Made by a program: the position numbers and the translations under genes. DNA of 64,000 nt, taken from the IMG/VR virus record IMGVR_UViG_3300002092_000039, one strand, 5' to 3'. Shown in pieces: positions 49,551-59,123 of this stretch (positions are counted from its first letter, which is position 1; the number at the start of each line of letters is the position of its first letter). The stretch comes from an uncultured virus (IMG/VR IMGVR_UViG_3300002092_000039). Taxonomy: Duplodnaviria; Heunggongvirae; Uroviricota; Caudoviricetes. The notes beneath the pieces were generated by a model. It saw only the letters and a list, made by a program, of their open reading frames with translations, was not told where the DNA came from and ran no database searches.

Positions 49551-51059
49551 ATGCCAAGTTATGCAATTATTAATGTGGCAAATGTGGCAACACCAGTAAG
49601 TTATACTTACAGTGGCAATACAGTGGGCACTGGTACAATTACAACTTTTACAGGTAATACTACTGTTATTGGAGTGGGAACTACCTTTTTAACACAATTG
49701 GGAACATATTATGCTGTTCGTAATTCTGCAAATACCTTTGTAGGTAAAATAGCTAATATCACCAGTAATACCAGTGCAACTCTTTCAAAAAATGCTGTCA
49801 CTGCGATTGCAAATGCTGCTTATACTTTTCAAACTTTTAATTACTCTGTACTTCAAACAGACCCACATGTTGGTAATGGCAATATCAGTACATTTAGTAC
49901 CAATAGCACTGTAATAGGCACAAACACTACCTTCATTAATGATTTAAACATTGGTTATCATTTGTTTGATAGTACTGATGGTAACCTAATAGGTATGGTG
50001 AAAAGCATAACCAGTAATACTGTTGCAACCTTGACCACTGTATCTGGGTATCCCGGCTCCAATTTGGCATACCGTGTATATGATCCCATTACAAAAAATA
50101 CTCAGGCTGCAAATTTATTCAATGTTAATGCACATCATGTAAATGCAGCGTTGCTCAATTGGAGTAAGAGTGGATTAATACAGGGTGTTAGACAAATTAA
50201 AAGCTATCACCCACCAATGCCAGATCCAGTAACTGGTGTTCTTGTTAATTTTCCTGCTACAACTCATGAGATTGAGCAACTTGGTAATATTGTGTTACAC
50301 AATTATGCCAATAACAGCGTATATAACCTAAGTAATTTCTCATCTGTTAATACATCCGGTGTTGTTAAAGATTTTAATGAAGACAATGGGATTGTAGGCA
50401 GTAGCACAAGTAAAGCAGTTAAAAGTATTCCCATTAATGGAGTAGTTGGCCGCTTAATTAAAAGTGGTGCGCAAAATATAAATGTATCGGCCGTTGTTAA
50501 TAGCATTTATGGTACTCCTGTACCTCCTAATGGGCCAGGATCTGGATATACTTTTATATTTGATACACCACCTTCTGGGTTTACTAAATTAAAAAGTTAT
50601 TCTGCTATAAATGCATTATATGATGCTTGGCAGGGACCAGGTGCTAACGTAGTATATGTTATGAATGCTAACGTAACAAGTACCTCATTGAATACTGCTA
50701 GTGATATGTTTGCTTTTCAAGCAGGTGCTCCGCCGCCTGAACGTGTAATTGATACTTTTACAGATGCTCAACAATATTTCTCAACAGCAGATAGCAAACA
50801 AACTTTGAGTGATGCTGAAAAAGCAGATCTTGCAGCTAGAGCAAGTAATAGATTTACACCAAATGGTCCCAAAGGCATGGTCAGTACTGGAGTTCCTGCT
50901 GCTATACCCGGATCATTGAATATTATATTAACGGATCAAGATCCCGCTAATAGACCATATATTACTCCAAAATATAGAAGAACATTGCCTTCTACGGTGA
51001 CAACATACAATACCGATATACCATTTAGTGTACTCAATCCCCCGCCGCCTGAGTTATGA
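49551..51059 (+). CDS. Tail/baseplate-associated protein
   Basis: Two GxI-T--S-TVIG-GT-F repeats, Thr/Asn-rich, follows PAAR. Confidence 0.6.
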   Translation: MPSYAIINVANVATPVSYTYSGNTVGTGTITTFTGNTTVIGVGTTFLTQLGTYYAVRNSANTFVGKIANITSNTSATLSKNAVTAIANAAYTFQTFNYSVLQTDPHVGNGNISTFSTNSTVIGTNTTFINDLNIGYHLFDSTDGNLIGMVKSITSNTVATLTTVSGYPGSNLAYRVYDPITKNTQAANLFNVNAHHVNAALLNWSKSGLIQGVRQIKSYHPPMPDPVTGVLVNFPATTHEIEQLGNIVLHNYANNSVYNLSNFSSVNTSGVVKDFNEDNGIVGSSTSKAVKSIPINGVVGRLIKSGAQNINVSAVVNSIYGTPVPPNGPGSGYTFIFDTPPSGFTKLKSYSAINALYDAWQGPGANVVYVMNANVTSTSLNTASDMFAFQAGAPPPERVIDTFTDAQQYFSTADSKQTLSDAEKADLAARASNRFTPNGPKGMVSTGVPAAIPGSLNIILTDQDPANRPYITPKYRRTLPSTVTTYNTDIPFSVLNPPPPEL

Positions 51060-51073
51060 TTATAGGATTTTAG

Positions 51074-54000
51074 ATGCCATCTCCATTTAACACAATCACT
51101 TCCCCGTACGGCCCAAGATCAGCCCCAACAGCAGGTGCAAGTACTTTCCATCAAGGTACTGATATTGCCATGCCTGTAGGAACAGTTCTAACAAATAATA
51201 CTGGACAACCGTTATATCTTGTGTATAAAGGTGTTGAGGGTGGGTACGGAAATTATGCTGAATATTCTACTACTCCAGATGGTACTGGTAAAACTTATGC
51301 ATTTGGACATCTTTCAGAATTACCAGCTGGCGATGTTGGAACTATGGCCAATCCAGGAGATGGATTGGCACTATCAGGCAACTCAGGAACTTCTACAGGT
51401 GCGCATGTACACGTTGAAGTGTTTCAACCCGGACAAGATGATGCATCTGCTCCACAGTCAGGCGATTTAGCAGGGATCGGTGCCAATGGCGTCGCACTTG
51501 GTTCAGGTGGGACAGACCCAGGAACGGGTAATATTACTGTAGCGGGTGCAGGAACTGCTGCGCCAAGTTCGAACAGCGGCGGCGGTTCTGGTGGCGCAGG
51601 TGCAGGCGCAGCAGCAGCGGCAGGCGCTTCAGTGCCAGCGGCAGGGTGTCTTGGTGCATCAACTAGTATAGCAAGTTTACTTGGCGGCGGCGCCCTTGCT
51701 AGTGCAATAGGTGGTGTTGCTGCAAATGCAGTAATGGCCGGTGGTCTAGCATTGCTTAGTGGTGGCGGATTACAGGGAGCATTAGGTGCTGTACTTGGAT
51801 CAGCAGGCGGCGCATTAGGTAATGCATTAGGAGCAAGTTTAGGCGGCGCAGCAGGCGCCATTGTTGGACAGACTTTAGGCGGCGCATTAGGATCAATTGC
51901 TGCTGGTGCAAACCCATTACAAGCATTGAGTGGAGCAGCATTTGGTGCCCTTGGTCAAATGGGCGGATCATTAATACCAGCTTTAAGTGGAGTTATGCCT
52001 GCTGCTTTAGCAAGTGCCGCAGTTGGCGGATTGACGGGAATATTAGGGCAAGTTGCTGCTGGTGTTCCTAAGGGCGCAGCAGCACAGTTTATTTTGGCAG
52101 GTGGGCTAGGTGGAGCTATTGGGGGCGCCGTTGGTAATATGACTGGTGACTTTAGTTACGGTGCAGTATCAGGTGCAGTAGCCTCGGGTTTATTGAATGG
52201 TTCAATTAATTTAAATGGGGGCAGCAGCAGTCTGTACAGTAGACCAAATGGTACATTTAACCCTGCACAGTTTGCCAATAACATAGCAATGGTTGCTGCC
52301 ACAGCCGCAAACAACAGGAATATGGTTGGAGCAATCAGTGAGGCAGTAAGTCAAGGATTTGGGGCAACACAATCTGCAGGGTATGGTGCCAGAACTAGGA
52401 ATATGCAGGATGCTTTGACGTTCAGTGTTAGTACATTGGGACAAAACTTAAATGCTGTCTCATCTGACATGCTATCACTTGGTAAATGGGATGCAACTAA
52501 TTTAATGAGATTAATGCAACCAGGTAATATTGCCACTCAAATTCTAATGAAGGGGTTAGGTGATTATACTGGATTAAATGAAGCATTGGTGGCTGCGGGC
52601 GTTCCACTTGCTGGGCTCGATAATCCATTGTTTGATAGAGTAACACAAACTGTATTAAATGGTATAACTGAGCCAGAGGTTATATACACAGTTAAAGCAG
52701 CATTTGCCATGAAAACTAATTTTGCTAACTTGGGTGAATTAACGAATCTGTCAAAAATGATGCCCAATAGTTTTCAATACTTACCAGTTAAAAGTTTTAG
52801 AGAGCTGGGTGTACAATTGGCAATTATTGGAGTAAGTGCGTCAGCTACAATTTATGATATTGGGTTTGCATTTAGTAAAATTGAAACAGCTACTGATCTA
52901 AACAATGTTGCCCAGATGAATCAACCATTGCCACCTTCTATTGCACAGCCATTAATGGAAATTTATGGTTATGGTGGTGGAACATTTGGCGAACAGACAA
53001 TGGCAGACTTTATTGGATCTGCTGCTGGATATGTACATAATGATACAATTCCTGTTATTATTGATACAACAAAATATATTGAAAATCATCCTGATGCAGC
53101 CTTATTAACAACGCTAATATATTTGTTCAAAGACACGATGGATGGAAAATATACGACACTTGGTACCCCAGGTGATACTGCCAGTGGCATTCCAGGCGAA
53201 GATGGGTATATCACGGTGCCATTCCCTGCAGGATTAGGTGGATCACAAACCTTTACGACATTGGATGCAGCAGTACTTGCATTTATTCCATTAATTGAAG
53301 CACAACAGCAAGCTTTGTTAAATTCAACTGATCCATTGCTACAGGACAACATCACAAAGTTAAGCCTAGCATACGAAGCAAGTTGTGCTCAATTGGTTAG
53401 AGAAAACAACAACTTACTCAATCATAATATTAATTTGTTTGATGCTATTCCCCCAAGTCCCTCATCTTGTATGATGTTTACACAAATGTTAGATCAGTGG
53501 GGCTTACAAACAGGGTATGGGCAACCCGGTGAATATATTGAGCGTGTGGCAACAAATGATATCTTTGGTGATGCTATGAAGTACTGTATGCGACAAGCTA
53601 GAAATGCTTCGGCATTAAGTGGACTTGGTATTGACGTTGAGCAATATAAGATACCACGTAGTCAATACTATAGAGAGCCTGAAGGATTCTATAACAACCT
53701 ATACACAGGGCAAATGCCACCCATGAGTCATAACAGACGTGCGCCAGTGTACCCAAGAACTCCAACTGATGTATATTTGAATAATCGTAATACAGTGCTG
53801 AGAAACACTGGATACGGTGATCTACCATTGCAAGCAAATCAAATGGATGAAATCTATTATGATAGTATTTGGATGGATACAAGCTCAGATGTTCTTGAAG
53901 GCATTGGAAGATCTGTAGTAAAGCAAGCTATTGACAACAGCATTTACATTAACAATGATGATTTATTGATAGTTGATCTAACGGGTGCAACTACTGCCAT

Positions 54001-54349
54001 TGGTAAAATTGCCAATAATGGATTGCTATTGACTAATAACGAGTTTATGGTCACAACATTAATGCAGATTGTTAATAAGCTTCTGTATGGTGATTTAAGT
54101 ACCACAAAGTATACGAATCCATTCAATACGGACCAAATGATTTATGGTGTGCTTGAGATGTTAGCTCAGTTAACCAATCAAAACATTGATGCATTAATGA
54201 AAACTGTAACAGGTGGATTAATTGCCAATGGATTGCTTGCAAGACTCATGCAACAGTTTGGTACTTCGCGCAGTATATACGATACTAGAATGAGTCGTAA
54301 CGATCCCGAGGCATGGGGTGGTACTGGTGGCGATGCAAAGTTACTTTAA
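51074..54349 (+). CDS. Virion protein with N-terminal M23 peptidase and long Gly/Ala zipper
   Basis: ITSPYGPR, HQGTD (HxxxD), GYGN, GNSGTSTGAHVH (HxH); GxxxG-rich stretch. Confidence 0.85.
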   Translation: MPSPFNTITSPYGPRSAPTAGASTFHQGTDIAMPVGTVLTNNTGQPLYLVYKGVEGGYGNYAEYSTTPDGTGKTYAFGHLSELPAGDVGTMANPGDGLALSGNSGTSTGAHVHVEVFQPGQDDASAPQSGDLAGIGANGVALGSGGTDPGTGNITVAGAGTAAPSSNSGGGSGGAGAGAAAAAGASVPAAGCLGASTSIASLLGGGALASAIGGVAANAVMAGGLALLSGGGLQGALGAVLGSAGGALGNALGASLGGAAGAIVGQTLGGALGSIAAGANPLQALSGAAFGALGQMGGSLIPALSGVMPAALASAAVGGLTGILGQVAAGVPKGAAAQFILAGGLGGAIGGAVGNMTGDFSYGAVSGAVASGLLNGSINLNGGSSSLYSRPNGTFNPAQFANNIAMVAATAANNRNMVGAISEAVSQGFGATQSAGYGARTRNMQDALTFSVSTLGQNLNAVSSDMLSLGKWDATNLMRLMQPGNIATQILMKGLGDYTGLNEALVAAGVPLAGLDNPLFDRVTQTVLNGITEPEVIYTVKAAFAMKTNFANLGELTNLSKMMPNSFQYLPVKSFRELGVQLAIIGVSASATIYDIGFAFSKIETATDLNNVAQMNQPLPPSIAQPLMEIYGYGGGTFGEQTMADFIGSAAGYVHNDTIPVIIDTTKYIENHPDAALLTTLIYLFKDTMDGKYTTLGTPGDTASGIPGEDGYITVPFPAGLGGSQTFTTLDAAVLAFIPLIEAQQQALLNSTDPLLQDNITKLSLAYEASCAQLVRENNNLLNHNINLFDAIPPSPSSCMMFTQMLDQWGLQTGYGQPGEYIERVATNDIFGDAMKYCMRQARNASALSGLGIDVEQYKIPRSQYYREPEGFYNNLYTGQMPPMSHNRRAPVYPRTPTDVYLNNRNTVLRNTGYGDLPLQANQMDEIYYDSIWMDTSSDVLEGIGRSVVKQAIDNSIYINNDDLLIVDLTGATTAIGKIANNGLLLTNNEFMVTTLMQIVNKLLYGDLSTTKYTNPFNTDQMIYGVLEMLAQLTNQNIDALMKTVTGGLIANGLLARLMQQFGTSRSIYDTRMSRNDPEAWGGTGGDAKLL

Positions 54350-54351
54350 AT

Positions 54352-54382
54352 TTGACATTCTTGGGCAAAAGTAGTATAAATA
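54352..54382 (+). promoter_or_regulatory. Overlapping sigma70-type and late promoter for tmRNA
   Basis: TTGACA (54352)-N17-TATAAATA (54375). Confidence 0.8.
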
Positions 54383-54387
54383 TATTA

Positions 54388-54683
54388 CTGTTGTTGATAG
54401 CAATGGAATAAGGCGGCAAGACGGGAGTGCGAATCTCCCCGCCTCCACCATAGATACATTGGACAGACATATCCCCTGTCAAACGGGGAAGATTGGTGGT
54501 GATGACAGTGTATCTTTGATGGGGGCGAAATAGGTTTCGATTGGTGCTGTAAAGATTGAAGTAGATAGTGGCGTGGAAACTGCCTTAACGTAACAAAACT
54601 ATAGTTGCAAACAATAACTTTGCCACTTCTTATGCACTAGCTGCGTAAATGAGCAAGGGGGAGCTTGGAAACAGAATCCCCCA
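54388..54683 (+). ncRNA. ssrA: Circularly permuted two-piece tmRNA
   Basis: Acceptor piece ends GAC-GGGAG-TGCGAAT-CTCCC-CGCCTCC-ACCA at 54450; coding piece starts GGGGGCG at 54521 (G3:U70); tag ANNNFATSYALAA* at 54607-54648; outer ends approximate. Confidence 0.93.
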
Positions 54684-54738
54684 ACTAATTTAAGGAGATC
54701 ACTAGGGCTTGGCAACCCTAGTCAAAACGGAGAGTGTA

Positions 54739-55236
54739 TTGAATATTATAACAACGATGGCAGTCGCATCAACTTTTGCTTTGGCAGGGTGTGTGACAGC
54801 AGAAGGAAGAATAGTAGTAGATGCAACTACTCAAGATCACAAGTGTTTAGCAGAGGCTATATACTTTGAATCAGGCTCGGAGCCACGAGCCGGTAAAATT
54901 GCTGTGGGACATGTTATTATAAATCGTACTCGCAGTGGAATATATCCATCAACAATATGTGAAGTAATAAATCATGTTGATTCCAACAAATGTCAATTTG
55001 GTTGGACTTGCCGTGTACGCAAAGAGCCACATGGCAAGCGATGGACTACAAGTAAGGAAATAGCTTCTCTCATACTGTCGGGAGAAACTCAAGATCTAAG
55101 TCGTGGCGCACTTAGCTTTCGTAATCGTAAACCTAAAAAATCAATGACAGTACAACATACTGCCACTATAGGTCATCATTATTTTTGGAGACCGCGGCAG
55201 GTAAAAGCGGACAACCGCCAAGGAGAAATAAAATGA
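54739..55236 (+). CDS. Cell-wall hydrolase (SleB/Hydrolase_2), probable lipoprotein
   Basis: CLAEAIYFE..SE, AVGHVIINR, YP.TICEV, CQF.W, IGHHYF; LAGC lipobox; start uncertain. Confidence 0.88.
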   Translation: MNIITTMAVASTFALAGCVTAEGRIVVDATTQDHKCLAEAIYFESGSEPRAGKIAVGHVIINRTRSGIYPSTICEVINHVDSNKCQFGWTCRVRKEPHGKRWTTSKEIASLILSGETQDLSRGALSFRNRKPKKSMTVQHTATIGHHYFWRPRQVKADNRQGEIK

Positions 55237-56024
55237 GAACATCTTTAATCGCACTTGCAGCAGTATTAGCTGGCACATTTGTCGCTACTGCACCAGCAAC
55301 TGCAAAACCAACAGATGATAAGATTACTATTAAAAAGTATGGCAAGACATGGAAGGTTACTAAGGCAACAGCAATTGCTCGCTGTGAAGCCAGTGCAACA
55401 GATCCCAAGCGTAAGAAATGGGACATTTACTGTGAATACGTTCCGGAGGTCATGGCTGACAAGAATAAATGCCAGTTTCTTTTCTGGCAAACAGAGTGTG
55501 CAAACCGTAATGAAGGTCCTAAAACTGTGCAGGATGATGGTGGTATTCCAGGCGCTTTGCCAGGTGTAGGGGCAAAGTCCACAGGCATGTTTCAATCCAA
55601 AACAACAGGGTATCTAGCCAAAGCTGAAAGCATGATTGGCTTAGATGCTCGCAAGGATCGTAAGGTTCTCAAAGAGAAGCTAAGTGAGGCAAATGGTCAA
55701 ACTGTGGACCCTGCATATATTCCCTGGTGTGCTGCTTGGGCAAATATGGTGTTGTCACAATCAGGCATGGAAACAACCGGCAGTCTAATGGCTCGCAGTT
55801 TCTTAGCATGGGGTAAGGCTGTTAAGGGAGAGCCCAATATTGGTGACGTTGTTGTAATGCGTCGTGGTAGAAACAGGTCATCAGGACACGTTGGATTCTT
55901 TTATAGTTTCGTTGAACACAATGGCCAGAAGATGGTTGCTGTATTAGGCGGAAATCAAGGAAAAGAAGTTCGCATTAGTTATTACCCAATTAGTAAGGTA
56001 ATTGCCTACCGTACCGCTGCTTAA
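55233..56024 (+). CDS. Secreted TIGR02594/NlpC-P60-like peptidoglycan hydrolase
   Basis: Signal peptide; PWCAAW, ARSFL.WG, GDVVV..R, GHVGFF, LGGNQ. Confidence 0.88.
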   Translation: MRTSLIALAAVLAGTFVATAPATAKPTDDKITIKKYGKTWKVTKATAIARCEASATDPKRKKWDIYCEYVPEVMADKNKCQFLFWQTECANRNEGPKTVQDDGGIPGALPGVGAKSTGMFQSKTTGYLAKAESMIGLDARKDRKVLKEKLSEANGQTVDPAYIPWCAAWANMVLSQSGMETTGSLMARSFLAWGKAVKGEPNIGDVVVMRRGRNRSSGHVGFFYSFVEHNGQKMVAVLGGNQGKEVRISYYPISKVIAYRTAA

Positions 56025-56042
56025 AGAGTCCATAAATATCAC

Positions 56043-57524
56043 ATGTTTTTAAATGCATTTGCCTTAGTCACTGCAATCAGTATTAGCGGCGTTGCTGCAT
56101 ATTACTCAATAGTTGGCCTCACTGCAATATTCAGTGGGGTCTTAATCCCTATTATTATAATGGGCACAGTATTAGAAGTTGGCAAGATCGTTACTACGGT
56201 TTGGCTGCATGTGAATTGGAACAGGATAAGTTGGGCCATCAAATACTATCTTAGCATTGCTGTGGTTGTGCTGATGTTTGTTACCAGCATGGGAATCTTT
56301 GGTTTCCTTAGTCGTGCTCATATTGATGCGACGAGTGGAGTAGGTGATAATCAACTTATCATTGAACAGCTGGATCAACAGATAGCAGTTGAGCGGCAGC
56401 GTATTGCTGATAGCCAACGTGTAATAGCACAAATGGATGCTGCTATTAATAATATCCTTAACCAAAGCAGCAATGCTAGAACTATTGAAAATCAGCGCGG
56501 CGGTCAAATTGCCAACCAAGCTAATACATTACGCAATACTCAAAAGAAAGAGCGCGATGCATTAAACAAGACAATTGACGATACCAACAAGCGTATAGCT
56601 GAAATTAATCAACAAAAGCTAAAGTTACAGCAAGAACAGGCAAAGACGGAAGCAGAAGTTGGTCCCATTAAATACATTGCACAGTTGATATATGGTGACA
56701 CTGTTAATAAAGATTTACTGGAACGTGCTGTAAGATGGGTTATCATTATTATAGTAGCAGTTTTTGATCCATTGGCAGTAAGTTTAGTTCTTGGTGTAAC
56801 TATGAGCTTAACCTATATTAAAAGGAAAAAAGATGAAGAAAGAAACACGAGTAGTATTGAGAGCCAACCAGCAAGCACAGCAGGCACGCCAGGAGAAGAA
56901 AGCTCAACAGTCGAGGGAAGAGATCAGCCAGTTACAAGCCAAGAACCAGAAATTAGATACATCGACAGGCCAGTAATTGAATATAAAACCATTGAAGTTG
57001 AAAAGATAGTTGAAGTTGAGGTGCCTGTTGAAGTCTTTACTAGAGTAGAGGTCGAGGTTCCCGTAGAAGTAATTAAAGAAGTTGAAGTAATTAAAGAAGT
57101 GCGAGTTGAAGATCATGCTCGTATGGGTGAACTTGCCAGAGAAATAGATAACCTATTAGGTGAGCTTAAGAATAAAGATCATGCCATTGGTAAATTACGA
57201 GCTCAAATTGAAATACTTGAACATCCAGATGACTTTGTCGTTAATGACAGCTTCTATGGTAAAACATTGCCCGCACAAGGCACAACTGGACAACTATTTG
57301 TTCAATATAGTGCAAATGGATTAAGTGTTTACAAATGGAATGGGGACAACTGGCTTGCCGTAGACAAAGAGCAGAACAGTTCTTATCTATTGGATGATCC
57401 AGTGACAGATGGAATAATAACTACGTTGGCAACCAGTGAACTTGATTGGGAAGTACTTACTCCCAGAGAACAAGAAGCACTGGAACCATTGCTAAAAGAT
57501 GATTTCAAGATTGGCCGTAGATGA
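56043..57524 (+). CDS. Multi-TM membrane protein with coiled coil and VEVPVE repeats
   Basis: N-terminal TM helices, EVGPIKYIA, VFDPLAV. Confidence 0.75.
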   Translation: MFLNAFALVTAISISGVAAYYSIVGLTAIFSGVLIPIIIMGTVLEVGKIVTTVWLHVNWNRISWAIKYYLSIAVVVLMFVTSMGIFGFLSRAHIDATSGVGDNQLIIEQLDQQIAVERQRIADSQRVIAQMDAAINNILNQSSNARTIENQRGGQIANQANTLRNTQKKERDALNKTIDDTNKRIAEINQQKLKLQQEQAKTEAEVGPIKYIAQLIYGDTVNKDLLERAVRWVIIIIVAVFDPLAVSLVLGVTMSLTYIKRKKDEERNTSSIESQPASTAGTPGEESSTVEGRDQPVTSQEPEIRYIDRPVIEYKTIEVEKIVEVEVPVEVFTRVEVEVPVEVIKEVEVIKEVRVEDHARMGELAREIDNLLGELKNKDHAIGKLRAQIEILEHPDDFVVNDSFYGKTLPAQGTTGQLFVQYSANGLSVYKWNGDNWLAVDKEQNSSYLLDDPVTDGIITTLATSELDWEVLTPREQEALEPLLKDDFKIGRR

Positions 57525-57904
57525 CAAGTGATGAAAAGAAAATAATTACTCCACCGGATTATGATTATTCGCGTGGTTTTAAAATTCTACTTGTTGATTT
57601 TGAGTGGCCAGAAATAACAAACGTAGTCGAAGCAATGAAAACATTTCCTGGACCAATGACATTATTTCTTTATGGAAGCAATGACTCTGATCCAAAATGG
57701 TGTATTGCTCAAGCCAAACAATGTAATAGTGTTTTGCTTAATATGAATCATATTGGTAATTGTGAAACACTTAAAGGCTATCTAATGGGAGAACCAAATG
57801 TATTTTCCTTTGGATCACATCATTTAAAAGATGTTTTTCAAAGGAATGTTCTTGATTCACTTAGCTGGCTTGCTAATTCTTATCAGAATTTTCATAAGCA
57901 GTAG
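57521..57904 (+). CDS. Hypothetical protein
   Basis: ATGA coupling; IITPPD. Confidence 0.7.
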   Translation: MTSDEKKIITPPDYDYSRGFKILLVDFEWPEITNVVEAMKTFPGPMTLFLYGSNDSDPKWCIAQAKQCNSVLLNMNHIGNCETLKGYLMGEPNVFSFGSHHLKDVFQRNVLDSLSWLANSYQNFHKQ

Positions 57905-57947
57905 AGTAGTTGGATGTTTCTAGCATCGCGAACTACAATTATATTTA
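57896..57947 (-). ncRNA. Late-promoter-linked structured motif, copy 3 (orphan)
   Basis: Minus strand TAAATA-N5-GTAGTT CGC GATG ctagaaa CATC C AACTAC TCTA. Confidence 0.7.
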
Positions 57948-58014
57948 TCATATTGACAATTAAAAATAAATTAGTTACAATATGAACAGTGGCATAGAAT
58001 CAATGAGGTGAAGA

Positions 58015-58755
58015 ATGTCAACGTGGAAGCTTAGTACACAATTTAAGAAATCATGCACACAAATTGAATATTTTAAAAAAGGTGAATTAGTTGCTCAGAA
58101 AGAAATCGGCTGGCGCTGGTGTTGGGCGAGGTATAATGAAAAGCCTGATCTAAGTGATTATGATCCAGAGAAGGACCAGATTGAACTTTATTCAATTGGT
58201 GACGTTATTGATATGGAACAAGACGACGGTTGTTGGGAAGAATGGACATGGCCTGAGGACTTGGATGAAGAAGAAGTTGAGCGTCTTGAAGAGATCTATG
58301 AAGAAGATGGCGATGATGGTCTCGAGGATGAAGAGTGGGTGCTTGACGATACTGAGTATTGGATAAGTGGTCCACTGGAACTAGTACAGGAAATCCAATG
58401 GTATCTAAATGGCGATCAGCCCATGGTACTTGTTGAGCGTTGGACTAAGGATGATCTTGTTGTTGAACAGCGCAAGACAATGGAAACAACGCATATTGTA
58501 TTTGACGAAGAACCAGATCTTGCGGGATATGATCCAGAAGATCAATTTGATGTTAAGTCATTGAATATTTCTACCAGATATGAAACTGAAAAGATTTCTG
58601 AAGAATGGGAATTTCCTGAGGATATGCCCAAGAAGGAACAGAATTGGTTTAAGAAATACGATTGGGATAAGTGGTCTAAGGCTGGGTGGACCAATGCAAA
58701 CAAGCAGCTATGGGTCACTGGCGAAATAACTTTAACAAAGGATGAGGAAGAATAA
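58015..58755 (+). CDS. Very acidic protein with internal domain duplication
   Basis: TTGACA-N17-TACAAT promoter, GAGGTG RBS; two PDL..YDPE / EEW..PED repeats. Confidence 0.75.
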   Translation: MSTWKLSTQFKKSCTQIEYFKKGELVAQKEIGWRWCWARYNEKPDLSDYDPEKDQIELYSIGDVIDMEQDDGCWEEWTWPEDLDEEEVERLEEIYEEDGDDGLEDEEWVLDDTEYWISGPLELVQEIQWYLNGDQPMVLVERWTKDDLVVEQRKTMETTHIVFDEEPDLAGYDPEDQFDVKSLNISTRYETEKISEEWEFPEDMPKKEQNWFKKYDWDKWSKAGWTNANKQLWVTGEITLTKDEEE

Positions 58756-59006
58756 TGAGTTTTGAATATGAAGACCTTCGTCAGAAGGGTACATTGGTTG
58801 AAGTACATAATAACGACGTTACTAAGGCGCTACGCAAGCTTAAGAAGGTTGTGCAGGCAGAGGGTATCTTCCAGACACTGCGTGAGCGTGAGCGGTTTGA
58901 GAAGCCCAGTGTAAAGCGTAAGAAGGAACAGGCTCGTGCCAGCAAGCGTTGGCAGAAGAAGCTTAAGGACTACCGTGAGCAGGGTAAGACTACCCAAGTT
59001 AGATAA
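58755..59006 (+). CDS. rpsU: Ribosomal protein bS21
   Basis: VHNNDVTKALRKLKK....EGIF..LRERERFEKPS.KR. Confidence 0.9.
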   Translation: MSFEYEDLRQKGTLVEVHNNDVTKALRKLKKVVQAEGIFQTLRERERFEKPSVKRKKEQARASKRWQKKLKDYREQGKTTQVR

Positions 59007-59064
59007 AAATTAAGTTTTTTTGTATAAAACACTTGATTTTTTAATCTGAAATGCTATATAGTAT

Positions 59065-59123
59065 TGTAGCAGTGCTAAATGAATAGGCTGCTACATATAT
59101 CTTGCTTTAAAAGGAGATACACT
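59065..59123 (+). promoter_or_regulatory. ROSE-like RNA thermometer
   Basis: Hairpin tgtagcag/ctgctaca, then TATC-TTGCT-ttaaa-AGGA-GATA with bulged G opposite the SD. Confidence 0.7.

Noticed and set aside
34978..51861. Antisense ORFs such as 34978-35289, 37730-38170 and 51424-51861
   Set aside because: Shadows of Ala/Gly/Pro-rich plus-strand genes with no independent motifs.
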